From assembly GCA_035507305.1 (NCBI GenBank), contig DATJOE010000017.1, positions 1 through 63,112 on the forward strand: a DNA stretch of 63,112 nucleotides, in the 5' to 3' direction. Below are positions 47,530 through 59,353 of this stretch, in pieces. The notes below the pieces were generated by a model that saw only the letters and a program-made list of their open reading frames with translations, did no database searches and was not told where the DNA came from. The position numbers and the translations under genes are program-made. This DNA is from Solirubrobacteraceae bacterium (GTDB lineage Bacteria > Actinomycetota > Thermoleophilia > Solirubrobacterales > Solirubrobacteraceae). Positions within the stretch are counted from its first letter, which is position 1. Each line of letters opens with the position of its first letter.

Positions 47530-48725
47530 CGCAGCGCGCGCTCGTACGCCTCGACGGTCTGGCGCCCGCAGCGCTCCCAGGTGAAATTCGCCGCGACCGT
47601 CGCCCGGGCACGCTGGCGCGCCTCGTGCAGTCGGTGCGGGTCCGAGAGCAGCTCGTCGATCCGTTGCGTCAGGCGCTCGATGTCGCCGGGTGGCACGAGC
47701 ACCATCCCATCGCCTGCCGCCGCGATCTCCTCCGGGCCTGGCTCCCCGCGGCAGCCGATCGCCGGAACCCTTCCCGCCATCGCCTCGACGTACGCCACGC
47801 CGAACGCCTCCTCCGTTGAGGGCATCACGAACAGCGTGCAGTCTCGCGCGAGCTCGACCGCCGTTTCGTGTGGCACCTGCCCGTGGAAATCGACTCGCTC
47901 CGCGATCTCCAGGCGCGCCGCGAGCGCTTCGAGCGCGCCTCGTTCCGGGCCGTCGCCGACCACCGCGTAGCGCAGGGTCGGGTGGCGCGGGGTGAGCACT
48001 GCGAGCGCGCGCAGCACGTCCGCGTGGCGCTTGCGCCCTACCAGATGGGCCACCGTGACCAGTGCAGGCGCCCCGCCGCCGCCGCGCTGTGCTCGTGTCA
48101 GTGGGGGCAGGTCCGTACCCAGATGCACCACCTGCGTCTCGTGCGCCCCATGCGCTCGCGCGAGCTCCGCGATCCCCTCGCTGTTCGCGAGCACCAGCCG
48201 CGCCTTCGCGAACGCGGCACGCACCGCCTGCTCGCCGCCGGCGATCCGCTCGGCCGTGTAGAGCACGTCGCCTCCGTGCACCGAGACCACCAGTGGTGCG
48301 TTCAGCGCGCGCAAAGCGCTCACCCGGCGCACCGCGTCGCCCGCCGGCACCGCGTTGTGCGCGTGCACCAGCTCGAACGGAAAGCGGCGGTGTAGACGCG
48401 CCATCGCCAGCCCCAGCGAGGGTGCGGCCCACTTACCCCAAGCTGCGTAGGAGCGCCCGCGCTCGGGCGAGACATAGGGGACATAGAAGACCTCCAACCC
48501 GTCGCGTACCTGCGTCCGCGGCTCGCGCGCCAGCTTGCCCAGCGCGCCCAGCGCCGCGACTGGCCCCGCGGCGAGCGCCGCGCGCGAGGGCACCACGCGA
48601 TGCAGCACCATCACCTTCACCTGCGCTCCCGCGTCGCGCGCCGCGAGCGCCTGGCGGTGCGCCCACACGCCCAGCACCGGATCGCGCTGGCTGGGGTAGA
48701 ACTCCGCGACGACCAGTACCCGCAT
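47526..48725 (-). CDS. GT4 glycosyltransferase (TuaC-like)
   Basis: VHAH, VHGGD, RKRH and EAFGVAYVEAMA motifs. Confidence 0.9.
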   Translation of the reverse strand: MRVLVVAEFYPSQRDPVLGVWAHRQALAARDAGAQVKVMVLHRVVPSRAALAAGPVAALGALGKLAREPRTQVRDGLEVFYVPYVSPERGRSYAAWGKWAAPSLGLAMARLHRRFPFELVHAHNAVPAGDAVRRVSALRALNAPLVVSVHGGDVLYTAERIAGGEQAVRAAFAKARLVLANSEGIAELARAHGAHETQVVHLGTDLPPLTRAQRGGGGAPALVTVAHLVGRKRHADVLRALAVLTPRHPTLRYAVVGDGPERGALEALAARLEIAERVDFHGQVPHETAVELARDCTLFVMPSTEEAFGVAYVEAMAGRVPAIGCRGEPGPEEIAAAGDGMVLVPPGDIERLTQRIDELLSDPHRLHEARQRARATVAANFTWERCGRQTVEAYERALR

Positions 48726-48728
48726 CGC

Positions 48729-50456
48729 TCACCAGCGCCGATGGGTCGTCACCGTGCGCTTCGCCTCCGTCGCCTTCACGTACGCGCGGTCCGCTAGGAA
48801 CTCGCGTGCCTCCGCGAGCGCTGCCTCGCGCGAGTAGGCATCCGCCGCGGGCGCCGCGCGGTGGGAGATCGCGACCGCATCCGTCACCCCGCAGCGCCAG
48901 CCGTTCGCACCCGCCAGCGCAGCCCAATGCGCGTCCAGCCCCCAGCCCATCCTCAGCTCCGGGAACGGCAGCAGCACCTCGAACGTGACGCGTGCAAACG
49001 CCGTCACCGGCCCGATCTCCACGAAGTGCGTCTCGCGTACCACGCTGCCCGCGTGCCGGCGCGTCTGTGGCCACGCTGCATGTGAGCCCGCGCGATGCGC
49101 CGGCTGCGCCAGTGCCAGGTTGAAGCGCTCGCAGAGGAACAAGAAGCGGTCGAGAAAGCCTCGCGGCAACACGATGTCATCGTCGACCAACAGCAACCAG
49201 TCGTGTCCGCCCGTCGGGTGCGCCCTCAACAGCCGGTTCAGGTTCTCGAACTTGCCCAGCTCCCCCGGGGGGGCGAAATGCAGCTCAAGCTCGTGGCGAG
49301 AGCGTCGCAGCTCCGCGTGCGCTCGTCTCGCCAGCGTCTCGTAGCGGGCGCGCTCCACGCCGAGCACCAGCACGCTGCGGCGGGGCGGCTCGCGACGGGC
49401 CGCCAGCGCCAGGCGCATCCGTCGCCCGCTCAGATACTCGCCTGCGTCTGTCAGCGCGTCGCGCGCTCGGCGCAGCTCCGTGTCAAGGCCGCCAACCGTG
49501 CCACTCGTTCCCGAGAGGAAGTCGTCTGCGTGCCCGCCGTTCGCGGGAGCGCCCGCCGCGCCCGCCGTGCTTGTGCTCCTGGCTCGTCGTTCGCGCAGCG
49601 CTTCACGCAGCCGCCCTGAGCTGTGCGCCACCATCGTCAAGCCCGCCGGGCAGCGGCGCAGCAGCACATGGCCTACGCAGCCCCCCAGCGTCCTCAGCTC
49701 GCCGCGCAAGCCCGGCGCCGCTCCCCGCCAGGCGTCGAAGCGCCGCGCGGCCCGACCGCGCACGTAGGACGCCCGCGTCAGCGCGCGTAGACGCGCGTCC
49801 CGACCGCTGCGCCGGTGCTCTACACCCGCTGCCGCTACGTACAGCGCACCTGGGCCTTCATATCCGCCGCCGAAGGCGGCCTTCATCAAACGATCCTGAA
49901 GCTCCTGCTCATCGCCACCATCCTTCAGTGACTCATCGAACGGACCGGTGCGCTCGAGCGCAGCGCGTCTAATCGTCATGTTCGCGCCCCACGCGTAGCG
50001 GGTCGGGGTGTCATGTGCGCCCAGCTCCAGAGACGTGATCGGAGAATGATCGCGCCCGCACGAGCGCGGGGCTTTGCCTTCCAGGTGGGGGCGGATCGGG
50101 CCCGCAAACACGTCCACGTCTGGGTGCTCGTGCGCCGCCTCCAGCAGCGCCTGCAGCCAGCCCTCCTGCGCACGGATGTCGTCGTCCACGAACACCACTA
50201 GCTCGCCTCGCGAACGTGCCACGCCCGTGTTGCGCGCGACGTTCAGTCCCCGTGGCCCCTCGTGCGGCTCATAGCGCGCGCCGTGCCCTTCGACCAGCGC
50301 GCGGGTCTTCGCGTTCGCGCCCGCGTCGTCGATCACCAGCACCTCCGCGCCCGCGCGCCTGGCCTGCGCCATCAGCGAGGAGAGCGCCACGTCCAGGTAG
50401 GGCAGGCGCCCTCGCGTGGGGATCACGATCGAAGCTGGAATCGAAGCTACGCTCAT
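48729..50456 (-). CDS. GT2 glycosyltransferase fused to a DUF707-like second glycosyltransferase domain
   Basis: N-domain SIVIPT, ARNTG, FVDDD; C-domain LLVDDDI, LAQPA, FVEIGPV, MGWGLD; start at ATG 50456. Confidence 0.8.
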   Translation of the reverse strand: MSVASIPASIVIPTRGRLPYLDVALSSLMAQARRAGAEVLVIDDAGANAKTRALVEGHGARYEPHEGPRGLNVARNTGVARSRGELVVFVDDDIRAQEGWLQALLEAAHEHPDVDVFAGPIRPHLEGKAPRSCGRDHSPITSLELGAHDTPTRYAWGANMTIRRAALERTGPFDESLKDGGDEQELQDRLMKAAFGGGYEGPGALYVAAAGVEHRRSGRDARLRALTRASYVRGRAARRFDAWRGAAPGLRGELRTLGGCVGHVLLRRCPAGLTMVAHSSGRLREALRERRARSTSTAGAAGAPANGGHADDFLSGTSGTVGGLDTELRRARDALTDAGEYLSGRRMRLALAARREPPRRSVLVLGVERARYETLARRAHAELRRSRHELELHFAPPGELGKFENLNRLLRAHPTGGHDWLLLVDDDIVLPRGFLDRFLFLCERFNLALAQPAHRAGSHAAWPQTRRHAGSVVRETHFVEIGPVTAFARVTFEVLLPFPELRMGWGLDAHWAALAGANGWRCGVTDAVAISHRAAPAADAYSREAALAEAREFLADRAYVKATEAKRTVTTHRRW

Positions 50457-50545
50457 CGGCCGACAGTCTAGGTTTGCAGGGGTTTCGGCTACTTCCCCGG
50501 CATCGTCGCTTCGCTGCCCCGCGGATGCCCGACTAGGCTGCCGGG

Positions 50546-51700
50546 GTGGTCCTGTTCCTGCACAACCGCTACCGCACGACCGGTGGCGAGGAGCGCGCCG
50601 TCGAGGACCTCGCCTGGCTCGTGCGCAGCCGTCTGGGCGAACCCGTGGAGTTGCTCGAACGCTCCTCGCAGGGGCTTCCACGCTCCCGTGCCGCGCTCGG
50701 GCTGCTGCGCGGTGGCCTCGATCCGCAGGAGGTCGGTCGGGAAGTGCGCGTTCGAGGCGTGCGCGTCGTGCACGCGCACAACCTGCTGCCCGCCTTTGGC
50801 TGGCGCGCCCTTGCCGCCGCTCGCGACGCGGGTGCGCGCGTCGTGCTGCACCTGCACCAGTACCGGCTCGTTTGCGCGATCGGCGTGTGCTTCACGCACG
50901 GCGCAGAATGCACCCGCTGCCACGGTCGTAACACCCTGCCCGGCTTGCGCTTGAACTGCCGCGGCGCTCGCGCTGAGGGGGCTGCTTACGCCGCCTCGCT
51001 CGCGCTCTGGCAGCGGCGCCTCGTGGAGCAGGCCGACGTGATCGTCGTTCCCAGCGCCTTCGCGCGCGAGCGCCTGCGCGAGCTGGGGGCCGTGCTGCCC
51101 TGGGAGCGCTTGCACGTGCTCGCCCCGCCCGTGCGCGCGCTCGATCCGCTGCTCGCGCCCGCCCCGCCCGCGGCGCAGGCTCGCGAGTTGCCCTCCTACG
51201 CCCTCGTCGTTTCGCGGCTCGCGCCTGAGAAGGGCATCGACGTCGCGATCGATGCCTGCCACGCCGCCGGGCTCAGCCTCGTCATCGCCGGCGAAGGGCC
51301 CGAGCGCGGCGCGCTTGAAGCGCACGCCGCCCGTGCCCCCGGGCGCGGCGGGGCGACAGTGCGCTTCGCCGGGCGCGTCGAGGATGCCGAGCTCGCGCAG
51401 CTTCGCGAGCACGCTTCGGTCGCGCTTGTGCCCTCGCGCTCCGCGGAGACCTTCGGGCTCGCTGCCGCCGAGGCCATGGCCGCCGGGGTCCCCGTCGCCG
51501 CCAGCCGCGTTGGCGCCCTGCCCGAGCTGGTCGAGGAGCAGGGGCTCGTCGCGCCTGGCGACCCCATTGCGCTCGCTGGGGCGATCCAGCGCCTTGCAGA
51601 CGACCCCGATGCCGGGCCGCGGGCACGGGAGCGGGCCGCGTCGCTCTGCGCCCCCGAGATCGTCGCCCACAAGCTCGCTGAGCTCTACGCCGGCGCGTAA
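50546..51700 (+). CDS. GT4 glycosyltransferase with Cys-rich insert
   Basis: HNRY..GGEE, HAHN, HQYRLVC..C..ECTRC..NC, RLAPEKG and ETFGLAAAEAMA motifs. Confidence 0.88.
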   Translation: MVLFLHNRYRTTGGEERAVEDLAWLVRSRLGEPVELLERSSQGLPRSRAALGLLRGGLDPQEVGREVRVRGVRVVHAHNLLPAFGWRALAAARDAGARVVLHLHQYRLVCAIGVCFTHGAECTRCHGRNTLPGLRLNCRGARAEGAAYAASLALWQRRLVEQADVIVVPSAFARERLRELGAVLPWERLHVLAPPVRALDPLLAPAPPAAQARELPSYALVVSRLAPEKGIDVAIDACHAAGLSLVIAGEGPERGALEAHAARAPGRGGATVRFAGRVEDAELAQLREHASVALVPSRSAETFGLAAAEAMAAGVPVAASRVGALPELVEEQGLVAPGDPIALAGAIQRLADDPDAGPRARERAASLCAPEIVAHKLAELYAGA

Positions 51701-51724
51701 AGCGCCAACACGTAAGCTCCCGCC

Positions 51725-52732
51725 GTGCCGCACGATCCGAGCGCGCTCATCACTGGACTCACCGGGCAGGACGGGTCGTTCCTCGCCGAGCTCCTGCTCG
51801 CCAAGGGCTATCGCGTCACCGGCGTGGTGCGCGGTGACTCCGACGGCAATCGACCCGACGGTCACCCCGCCACGCGCTCGCTCGGCAGCGCCGAGCATCT
51901 GCGCGGGCAGGTACAGCTGATCGGCGGGGACGTCGGCGACCCGCACACGCTGCGCGACGCGCTCGCGAGCGTCGAGCCCCGCGAGGTCTACCACCTCGCC
52001 GCGCCCTCCTTCGTGCCCGACTCCTGGGATAAACCCGCCGAAACGCTCGCCGCGATCGCCGGGTCTACCGCCGCGCTGCTCACCGCCGTGCGCGAGCTCG
52101 AACTGCCCGTTCGCGTGTTCGTCGCCGCTTCTAGTGAGATCTTCGGCGACTCTGGGGAGAGCCCGCAGCGCGAGTCCTCGCCCTGCCGCCCGCGCTCCCC
52201 CTACGCCGTCGCCAAGCTCTCCGCCCATCAGCTCGTCGGGCGCATGCGCGAGCACTTCTCGCTGCACGCCAGCTCCGGCATCACCTACAACCACGAGTCC
52301 GAGCGTCGTCCCGAGCGCTTCGTCACGCGGCGGATTAGTCGGGGGGCCGCCGCGATCGCCCTTGGCCGCCAAAACGCGCTCGAGCTCGGCGCCCTCGACG
52401 CCGTTCGCGACTGGTCTTTCGCCGGGGACATCGTCCGCGGTGCGTGGCTCATGCTCCAGCAGGAGCACCCCGACGACTACGTGCTCTCCAGCGGCGTCGG
52501 GCACACCGTCGCTGAGTTCGCTCAGGCCGCCTTTGCCTGCGTCGACCTCGACGCCGAGCGCTACCTGCGCGTCGATCAGGACCGCGTTCGTGCGCCTGAG
52601 ATCACTCCGAGCGTCGGTGACCCAAGCAAAGCGCGCGAGCGGCTTGGCTGGGTGCCCGAGATCTCCTTCGAGCAACTCGTCGAGCGCATGGTGCGGGCCG
52701 ACATCGCGCGGCTCGAAGCCGACGGTGGCTAG
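51725..52732 (+). CDS. gmd: GDP-mannose 4,6-dehydratase (divergent copy)
   Basis: ITGLTGQDG, SSEIFG, SPYAVAK, NHES, FVTRR and RDW motifs. Confidence 0.85.
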   Translation: MPHDPSALITGLTGQDGSFLAELLLAKGYRVTGVVRGDSDGNRPDGHPATRSLGSAEHLRGQVQLIGGDVGDPHTLRDALASVEPREVYHLAAPSFVPDSWDKPAETLAAIAGSTAALLTAVRELELPVRVFVAASSEIFGDSGESPQRESSPCRPRSPYAVAKLSAHQLVGRMREHFSLHASSGITYNHESERRPERFVTRRISRGAAAIALGRQNALELGALDAVRDWSFAGDIVRGAWLMLQQEHPDDYVLSSGVGHTVAEFAQAAFACVDLDAERYLRVDQDRVRAPEITPSVGDPSKARERLGWVPEISFEQLVERMVRADIARLEADGG

Positions 52733-52839
52733 GACCGGCGCGACCGGGCCGGCGCAGCTGAGGCCGGGCCGCGGCTAAAGGCTTTCTTCGCCCGCGCCGA
52801 TCTCGGTTCAGTGAGCCCCACCCCCTACACTGCGCCCGA

Positions 52840-54090
52840 GTGAAGACCGTCGGCATCATCGGTCTCGGCTACGTCGGGCTGCCGCTGGCGGTCGCCTTCG
52901 CCAAAGAGGACTGCGACGTCATCGCCGTCGACGTAGACCCGCGCAAGATCGACGCGATCGAGGCGGGGGACTCCTACATCGAGGACGTTCCCTCCGAGCT
53001 ACTCGCTGAGCTCAAGGATCGCATCCACGCGACCACGCGTTATGCCCGCCTCGCGAAGGCCGACGCGGTGATCGTCTGCGTCCCCACGCCCCTCACGCGC
53101 AACCGCGAGCCCGATCTCGGGCCGCTGATCGACTCCACCCGCGCCCTCGCCGAGGTGCTGCAGAACGGTCAGCTCGTCGTGCTCGAGTCCACCACGTATC
53201 CGGGGACCACCCGCGAGCGAGTCGCGCCGCTGCTCGAGGAGTCCGGCCTCGCTGCGGGCCGCGACTTTCACCTCGCCTTCTCGCCCGAGCGGGTCGATCC
53301 GGGTCGCACCGACTACACCTTGCGCAACACGCCCAAGGTGCTCGGCGGGCTAACCGATGGCTGCGTCGAGCGCGCCGAGGAGCTGTACGGGCTCGTGTGC
53401 GAAAACCTCGTCCGCGTCTCAAGCCCCGAGGCCGCCGAGCTAACCAAGCTGCTCGAGAACATCTTCCGTTCCGTCAATATCGCGCTCGTCAACGAGCTCG
53501 CGATGCTCACCGACCGCATGGGCATCGACATTTGGGAGGTCGTCGAAGCCGCCTCAACCAAGCCTTATGGGTTCATGCGATTTGAGCCCGGACCCGGCAT
53601 GGGGGGGCACTGCCTGCCTGTCGATCCCTTCTACCTCAGCTGGCGCGCCCGTGAGTTCGACATGGCCACTGAGTTCATCGAGCTCGCTGGGAAGATCAAT
53701 CAGCAGATGCCTTACCACTGCGTCGAGAAGGCCCAGCGCGCGCTGAACGATGCCGGCATGTCCGTCAAAGGTGCCCGCGTCGCCGTGCTCGGCGTCAGTT
53801 ACAAGCCCGGCGTCGGCGACATCCGAGAGTCGCCCGCCTTGAAGATCATCGCCCTGCTGCGCGAGCTCGGCGCTGAGGTTTGTTACCACGACCCGCACGT
53901 CGCGCATCTCGCTGACTTCTCGCTCAGCAGCAGGCCCTTGGACGAGGCGGTCGGCGACGCCGATCTAACCGTGATCGTCACCGCGCATCCCGAGGTCGAC
54001 CATGCGCAGGTCGCCCGGCGCGCGCGGCTGTTGCTAGACCTGCGCGGCGTCACGCGCTCACTCGATGCCGCCGACGTGATACGTCTTTAG
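52840..54090 (+). CDS. Nucleotide-sugar 6-dehydrogenase (WbpA/WecC-like)
   Basis: [41 protein letters not shown] and DIRESP motifs. Confidence 0.92.
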   Translation: MKTVGIIGLGYVGLPLAVAFAKEDCDVIAVDVDPRKIDAIEAGDSYIEDVPSELLAELKDRIHATTRYARLAKADAVIVCVPTPLTRNREPDLGPLIDSTRALAEVLQNGQLVVLESTTYPGTTRERVAPLLEESGLAAGRDFHLAFSPERVDPGRTDYTLRNTPKVLGGLTDGCVERAEELYGLVCENLVRVSSPEAAELTKLLENIFRSVNIALVNELAMLTDRMGIDIWEVVEAASTKPYGFMRFEPGPGMGGHCLPVDPFYLSWRAREFDMATEFIELAGKINQQMPYHCVEKAQRALNDAGMSVKGARVAVLGVSYKPGVGDIRESPALKIIALLRELGAEVCYHDPHVAHLADFSLSSRPLDEAVGDADLTVIVTAHPEVDHAQVARRARLLLDLRGVTRSLDAADVIRL

Positions 54091-54091
54091 C

Positions 54092-54799
54092 GTGCTCCAC
54101 GACGACCCCCGCGCACCTGGGCTGCGGCTCGGCGAGGACGTTCAGATCGGCGAAGGCGTCACCTTCGGCGCGAACGTCATCGTGCACGACGGGACCGTGA
54201 TCGGCGACGGCTGCACGATCGAGGACAATGCCGTGCTCGGTAAGCGCCCACGGCTTGCCGCCAGCTCCTCCGCCCACGGCGACGTCGGTCAGTTGGTGCT
54301 CGGCCAGAACGTCAAGGTCTGCACCGCCGCGATCGTGCTCGCCGGTGCCACCGTCGGCGCCGATTCGCTGATCGGCGATCAGTCCTTCGTGCGCGAGCGC
54401 TGCACGATCGGCGAGGGCACCGTGATCGGACGCGGCAGCGCCGTTGATAACGACGTCTCGATCGGCTCGCGCGTGCGCGTGCAGACCAACGTCTACCTCA
54501 CTGCGTTCAGCCTCGTCGAGGACGACGTGTTCGTCGGCCCCGGCGCCACCACCACCAACGACGACACCATGGCCCGCCACGGCCCCGAGACCCCGCTGCG
54601 TGGCGCCACCCTGCGTCGCGCTTGCCGGATCGGCGGCGCCGCCGTGCTCACCCCCGGCGTCGAGGTCGGCGAGGAGGCCTTCGTCGCCGCTGGCGCCGTC
54701 GTCACCAACGACGTCCCCGCCCGAGCCGTCGTGCTCGGCGTCCCCGCCCGCGTCATCCGCGAAGTGCCCGAGCGGGACCTGCTGGAGCGCTGGCGCTAG
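54092..54799 (+). CDS. Hexapeptide-repeat N-acyltransferase (WbpD-like)
   Basis: Left-handed beta-helix repeats; VFVGPG..TND and GVPAR. Confidence 0.88.
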   Translation: MLHDDPRAPGLRLGEDVQIGEGVTFGANVIVHDGTVIGDGCTIEDNAVLGKRPRLAASSSAHGDVGQLVLGQNVKVCTAAIVLAGATVGADSLIGDQSFVRERCTIGEGTVIGRGSAVDNDVSIGSRVRVQTNVYLTAFSLVEDDVFVGPGATTTNDDTMARHGPETPLRGATLRRACRIGGAAVLTPGVEVGEEAFVAAGAVVTNDVPARAVVLGVPARVIREVPERDLLERWR

Positions 54800-54825
54800 C
54801 AGAGATCGGTTGGGGGAGGCGGTTG

Positions 54826-54853
54826 GGGAGGCGGACGTGTGGCCTCCCTTTTT
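54826..54853 (+). terminator. Intrinsic terminator after the WbpD-like gene
   Basis: Stem GGGAGGC (54826-54832) / GCCTCCC (54842-54848), followed by TTTTT. Confidence 0.7.
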
Positions 54854-55019
54854 ATTGATTGATAGCGAACGTATATACGCGTGCTGCCCCCACGGGAGCG
54901 CCACTCGGGCATAGGGGGAGTCGCCGCCCCGAGGCGTACATACAATTGCTATCGCAACCCAAAAAACGAACCCCACCCCCGAGCTCGCCGGCTCGTGCCT
55001 CACGCCAAGAAGCAAGATC
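54848..55019 (+). repeat. Copy 2 of the ~170 bp AT-rich inverted-repeat element, with a truncated stub of the RHH gene
   Basis: Shares the 24-nt (54858-54881) and 21-nt (54945-54965) identical blocks with 3624-3795. Encodes PKNEPHPRARRLVPHAKKQ versus PKNETPNPEARALVPRADKQ in copy 1, then stops matching. Confidence 0.9.
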
Positions 55020-55025
55020 GAGTTT

Positions 55026-56105
55026 CTAGGCGCCGCGAATCGCTGAAACGACCGCCTCGGCCTGCTCCGCGCTGAGCACCGGGCTCATCGGGATCGCGAG
55101 GTGCGCGCGCGCGGCCTGCTCGGTTGCCGGAAGCTCAATCCCCGCGCCCCACTCGCGCATCGACTCCTGACGGTGGACCGGAGTTCGGTAGTAGGGCTTG
55201 TGCCCGACGCCCGCGTTCGCGAGCGCTGCTTCAAGCGGTCCGGGCTGCTCGTGCGCAATCACGTAAAGGTGCCACGCCGGCGACGAGCCGGTTGTTGCGA
55301 CCGGCAGTTTCGCTAGCTCACCCAGGCCCGCCTGCTCATAGTGGTCCGCCGCCGCACGGCGCCCGTTCGCCCAGCCGTCCACGTGCGGTAGCTGCACGCG
55401 CAGGATTGCCGCCTGGATCTCGTCCAGCCGCGAGTTGTAGCCCACCTGTTCGTAGTCGACCTTGTCGCGCGAGCCGTGGAAGCGCAGGATGCGCGCCTGC
55501 TCTGCGACCTGCTCGTCCGAGGTCGTGATCATCCCGCCGTCGCCGAAGCAGCCCAGGTTCTTGGAGGGGAAGAACGAGAACGTCGCCGCGTTGCCGAGCG
55601 CCCCCGGCCGTCCTGCGGGACCCGTGGACCCCGCGGCCTGCGCCGCGTCCTCGAGCACCGGTACACCCAGCGCTTCAATCTCCGCCACCGGCGCCAAGTT
55701 GCCGAATAGGTGCACCGCGATCACTGCCTTTGTGCGCGGCGTAAGCGCAGCCTTCACCGTGTCCGCTGTGACGCAGTAGGTGTCGGGGTCCACGTCGCAG
55801 AACACGGGAGTCGCGCCCGTCGGCGGGATCGCCTCCGCCGAGGCGTAGAACGTGAACGAAGGGACCACCACCTCGTCGCCCGGACCCACGCCCATCGCGC
55901 GCAGCGCGATCGTCAGCGCCTCCGTGCCGTTTGCCACCCCGATCGCGTGCCCTGCGCCGCAGTAGGCCGCGAACTCCTGCTCGAACGCGCTCACTTCGGG
56001 GCCAAGGATGAACTGGCCCGAGTCCATCACGCGCGTGACCGCCGCGGACAGCTCGTCGCGCAGCCCCGCCAGGGGGCTTGAGGTATCGAACAGTGGGACC
56101 GGCAT
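55026..56105 (-). CDS. DegT/DnrJ/EryC1/StrS sugar aminotransferase (WbpE-like)
   Basis: FILGPEV, ANGT, VHLFG, EDAAQA, SFFPSKNLG and GYNSRLDE motifs. Confidence 0.93.
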   Translation of the reverse strand: MPVPLFDTSSPLAGLRDELSAAVTRVMDSGQFILGPEVSAFEQEFAAYCGAGHAIGVANGTEALTIALRAMGVGPGDEVVVPSFTFYASAEAIPPTGATPVFCDVDPDTYCVTADTVKAALTPRTKAVIAVHLFGNLAPVAEIEALGVPVLEDAAQAAGSTGPAGRPGALGNAATFSFFPSKNLGCFGDGGMITTSDEQVAEQARILRFHGSRDKVDYEQVGYNSRLDEIQAAILRVQLPHVDGWANGRRAAADHYEQAGLGELAKLPVATTGSSPAWHLYVIAHEQPGPLEAALANAGVGHKPYYRTPVHRQESMREWGAGIELPATEQAARAHLAIPMSPVLSAEQAEAVVSAIRGA

Positions 56106-56110
56106 CGCTG

Positions 56111-56177
56111 GGCTCGTGGGGGGTATGGGCTTGTCGGAAGCGAAGCTTGTGGGGAAGCGAGGCTCGTGGGCGGGCCT
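56111..56177. repeat. ~17 bp degenerate tandem repeat, about 4 copies
   Basis: GGCTCGTGGGGGG.., GGCTTGTCGGAAGCGA, AGCTTGTGGGGAAGCGA and GGCTCGTGGG at 56111, 56128, 56144 and 56161. Confidence 0.6.
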
Positions 56178-56185
56178 CGGCTGAC

Positions 56186-58282
<2,097 letters not shown>

Positions 58283-58286
<4 letters not shown>

Positions 58287-59107
58287 GCTCGCGCCCGCCC
58301 CCGCTCGCGCAGGTACCCGGCGTACTGTCTTGCGAACGCCGCGACGAACATCGGGTTGTAACGGGCGTAGCGCCGCCACAGCCGACGTGGCTCGCGCGAG
58401 AGCCGGTACGCCCACTCCAGACCGTTGCGCTGCATCCATGGCGGCGCTTGGGAGATCAGTCCGGCGTGGAAGTCGAACGCCGCGCCCACGCCCACCAACA
58501 GCGGTGGCTCCAAGCGCGAACGCATCCTGTGCATCCACTGCTCCTGGCGCGGTTGACCCGTGCCCACCCAGACGACCGCCGCGCCTGACGCGTTGATCAA
58601 CTCGATCTCGTGATCGTCCTCGACCGCGCTCAGCGGGCGAAACGGGGGAGAGGAAGCGCCGACTATCCGTAGGCCCGGGAAGCGCTCGCGCAGCCGCCGC
58701 GCCAGTAACTCTCGTGCGTAGTCGTCGTGGCGTCCGCCGTAGAGGTAGATCGGCGTGCCGTTTCCGGCCGCCCGTGCGCAGAAGTGAGCCATCAGGTCGG
58801 GGCCATAGACCCGCGTCGCCCGTGCGTGTCCCAGCGCGTGAAGTGCCCATACGAGCGGCATGCCATCAGGCACCGCCAGTGTCGCGCCGAGCACCGCCGC
58901 GTGCGTCTCAGGCTGCTCGCGTGCCGACATAACGAGGTTGACCGCCGCGGCCGTCAGATAGCCCTTCTCGCCCGTCGCGATCATCGCGTCCATCCAGTCC
59001 AGCACCCCCTCGTAGTCTGAGATCGCCAGCGGAATTCCCAGGATCTCCGCAGTCGGCGGAACGGGTGGTGATGCCGAGAGGGGGGGCGGCGGTGTTGCGG
59101 AGGCCAT
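58283..59107 (-). CDS. WecB/TagA/CpsF (GT26) glycosyltransferase
   Basis: PDGMPLVW, RVYGPDL, VWVGTGQPRQE, GVGAAFDF and GLEWAYRL..EPRRLWRRY motifs. Confidence 0.93.
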
Positions 59108-59353
59108 CGAGAGCGTGAAGATAGCGGCGCTGTGCCCTTGCGATTAGGCGCTTCGGTGGTCGCGATCTTGCGAGAAAACAATTTTTTTACCGCAAATTGC
59201 GTGTTTGTGCCAAAATTTCGCTACTGACTTCGGGGGGCAAGGCCGATCCAGGAACGGGCGGCCTGCGTACTGGGAGTTGGGGCTCGAAGGCATAGGTCGA
59301 CCGCAAGGCAGCAGTCGATAAGCCGAACCGTCGAGATCGCGAGATACCAAGGA

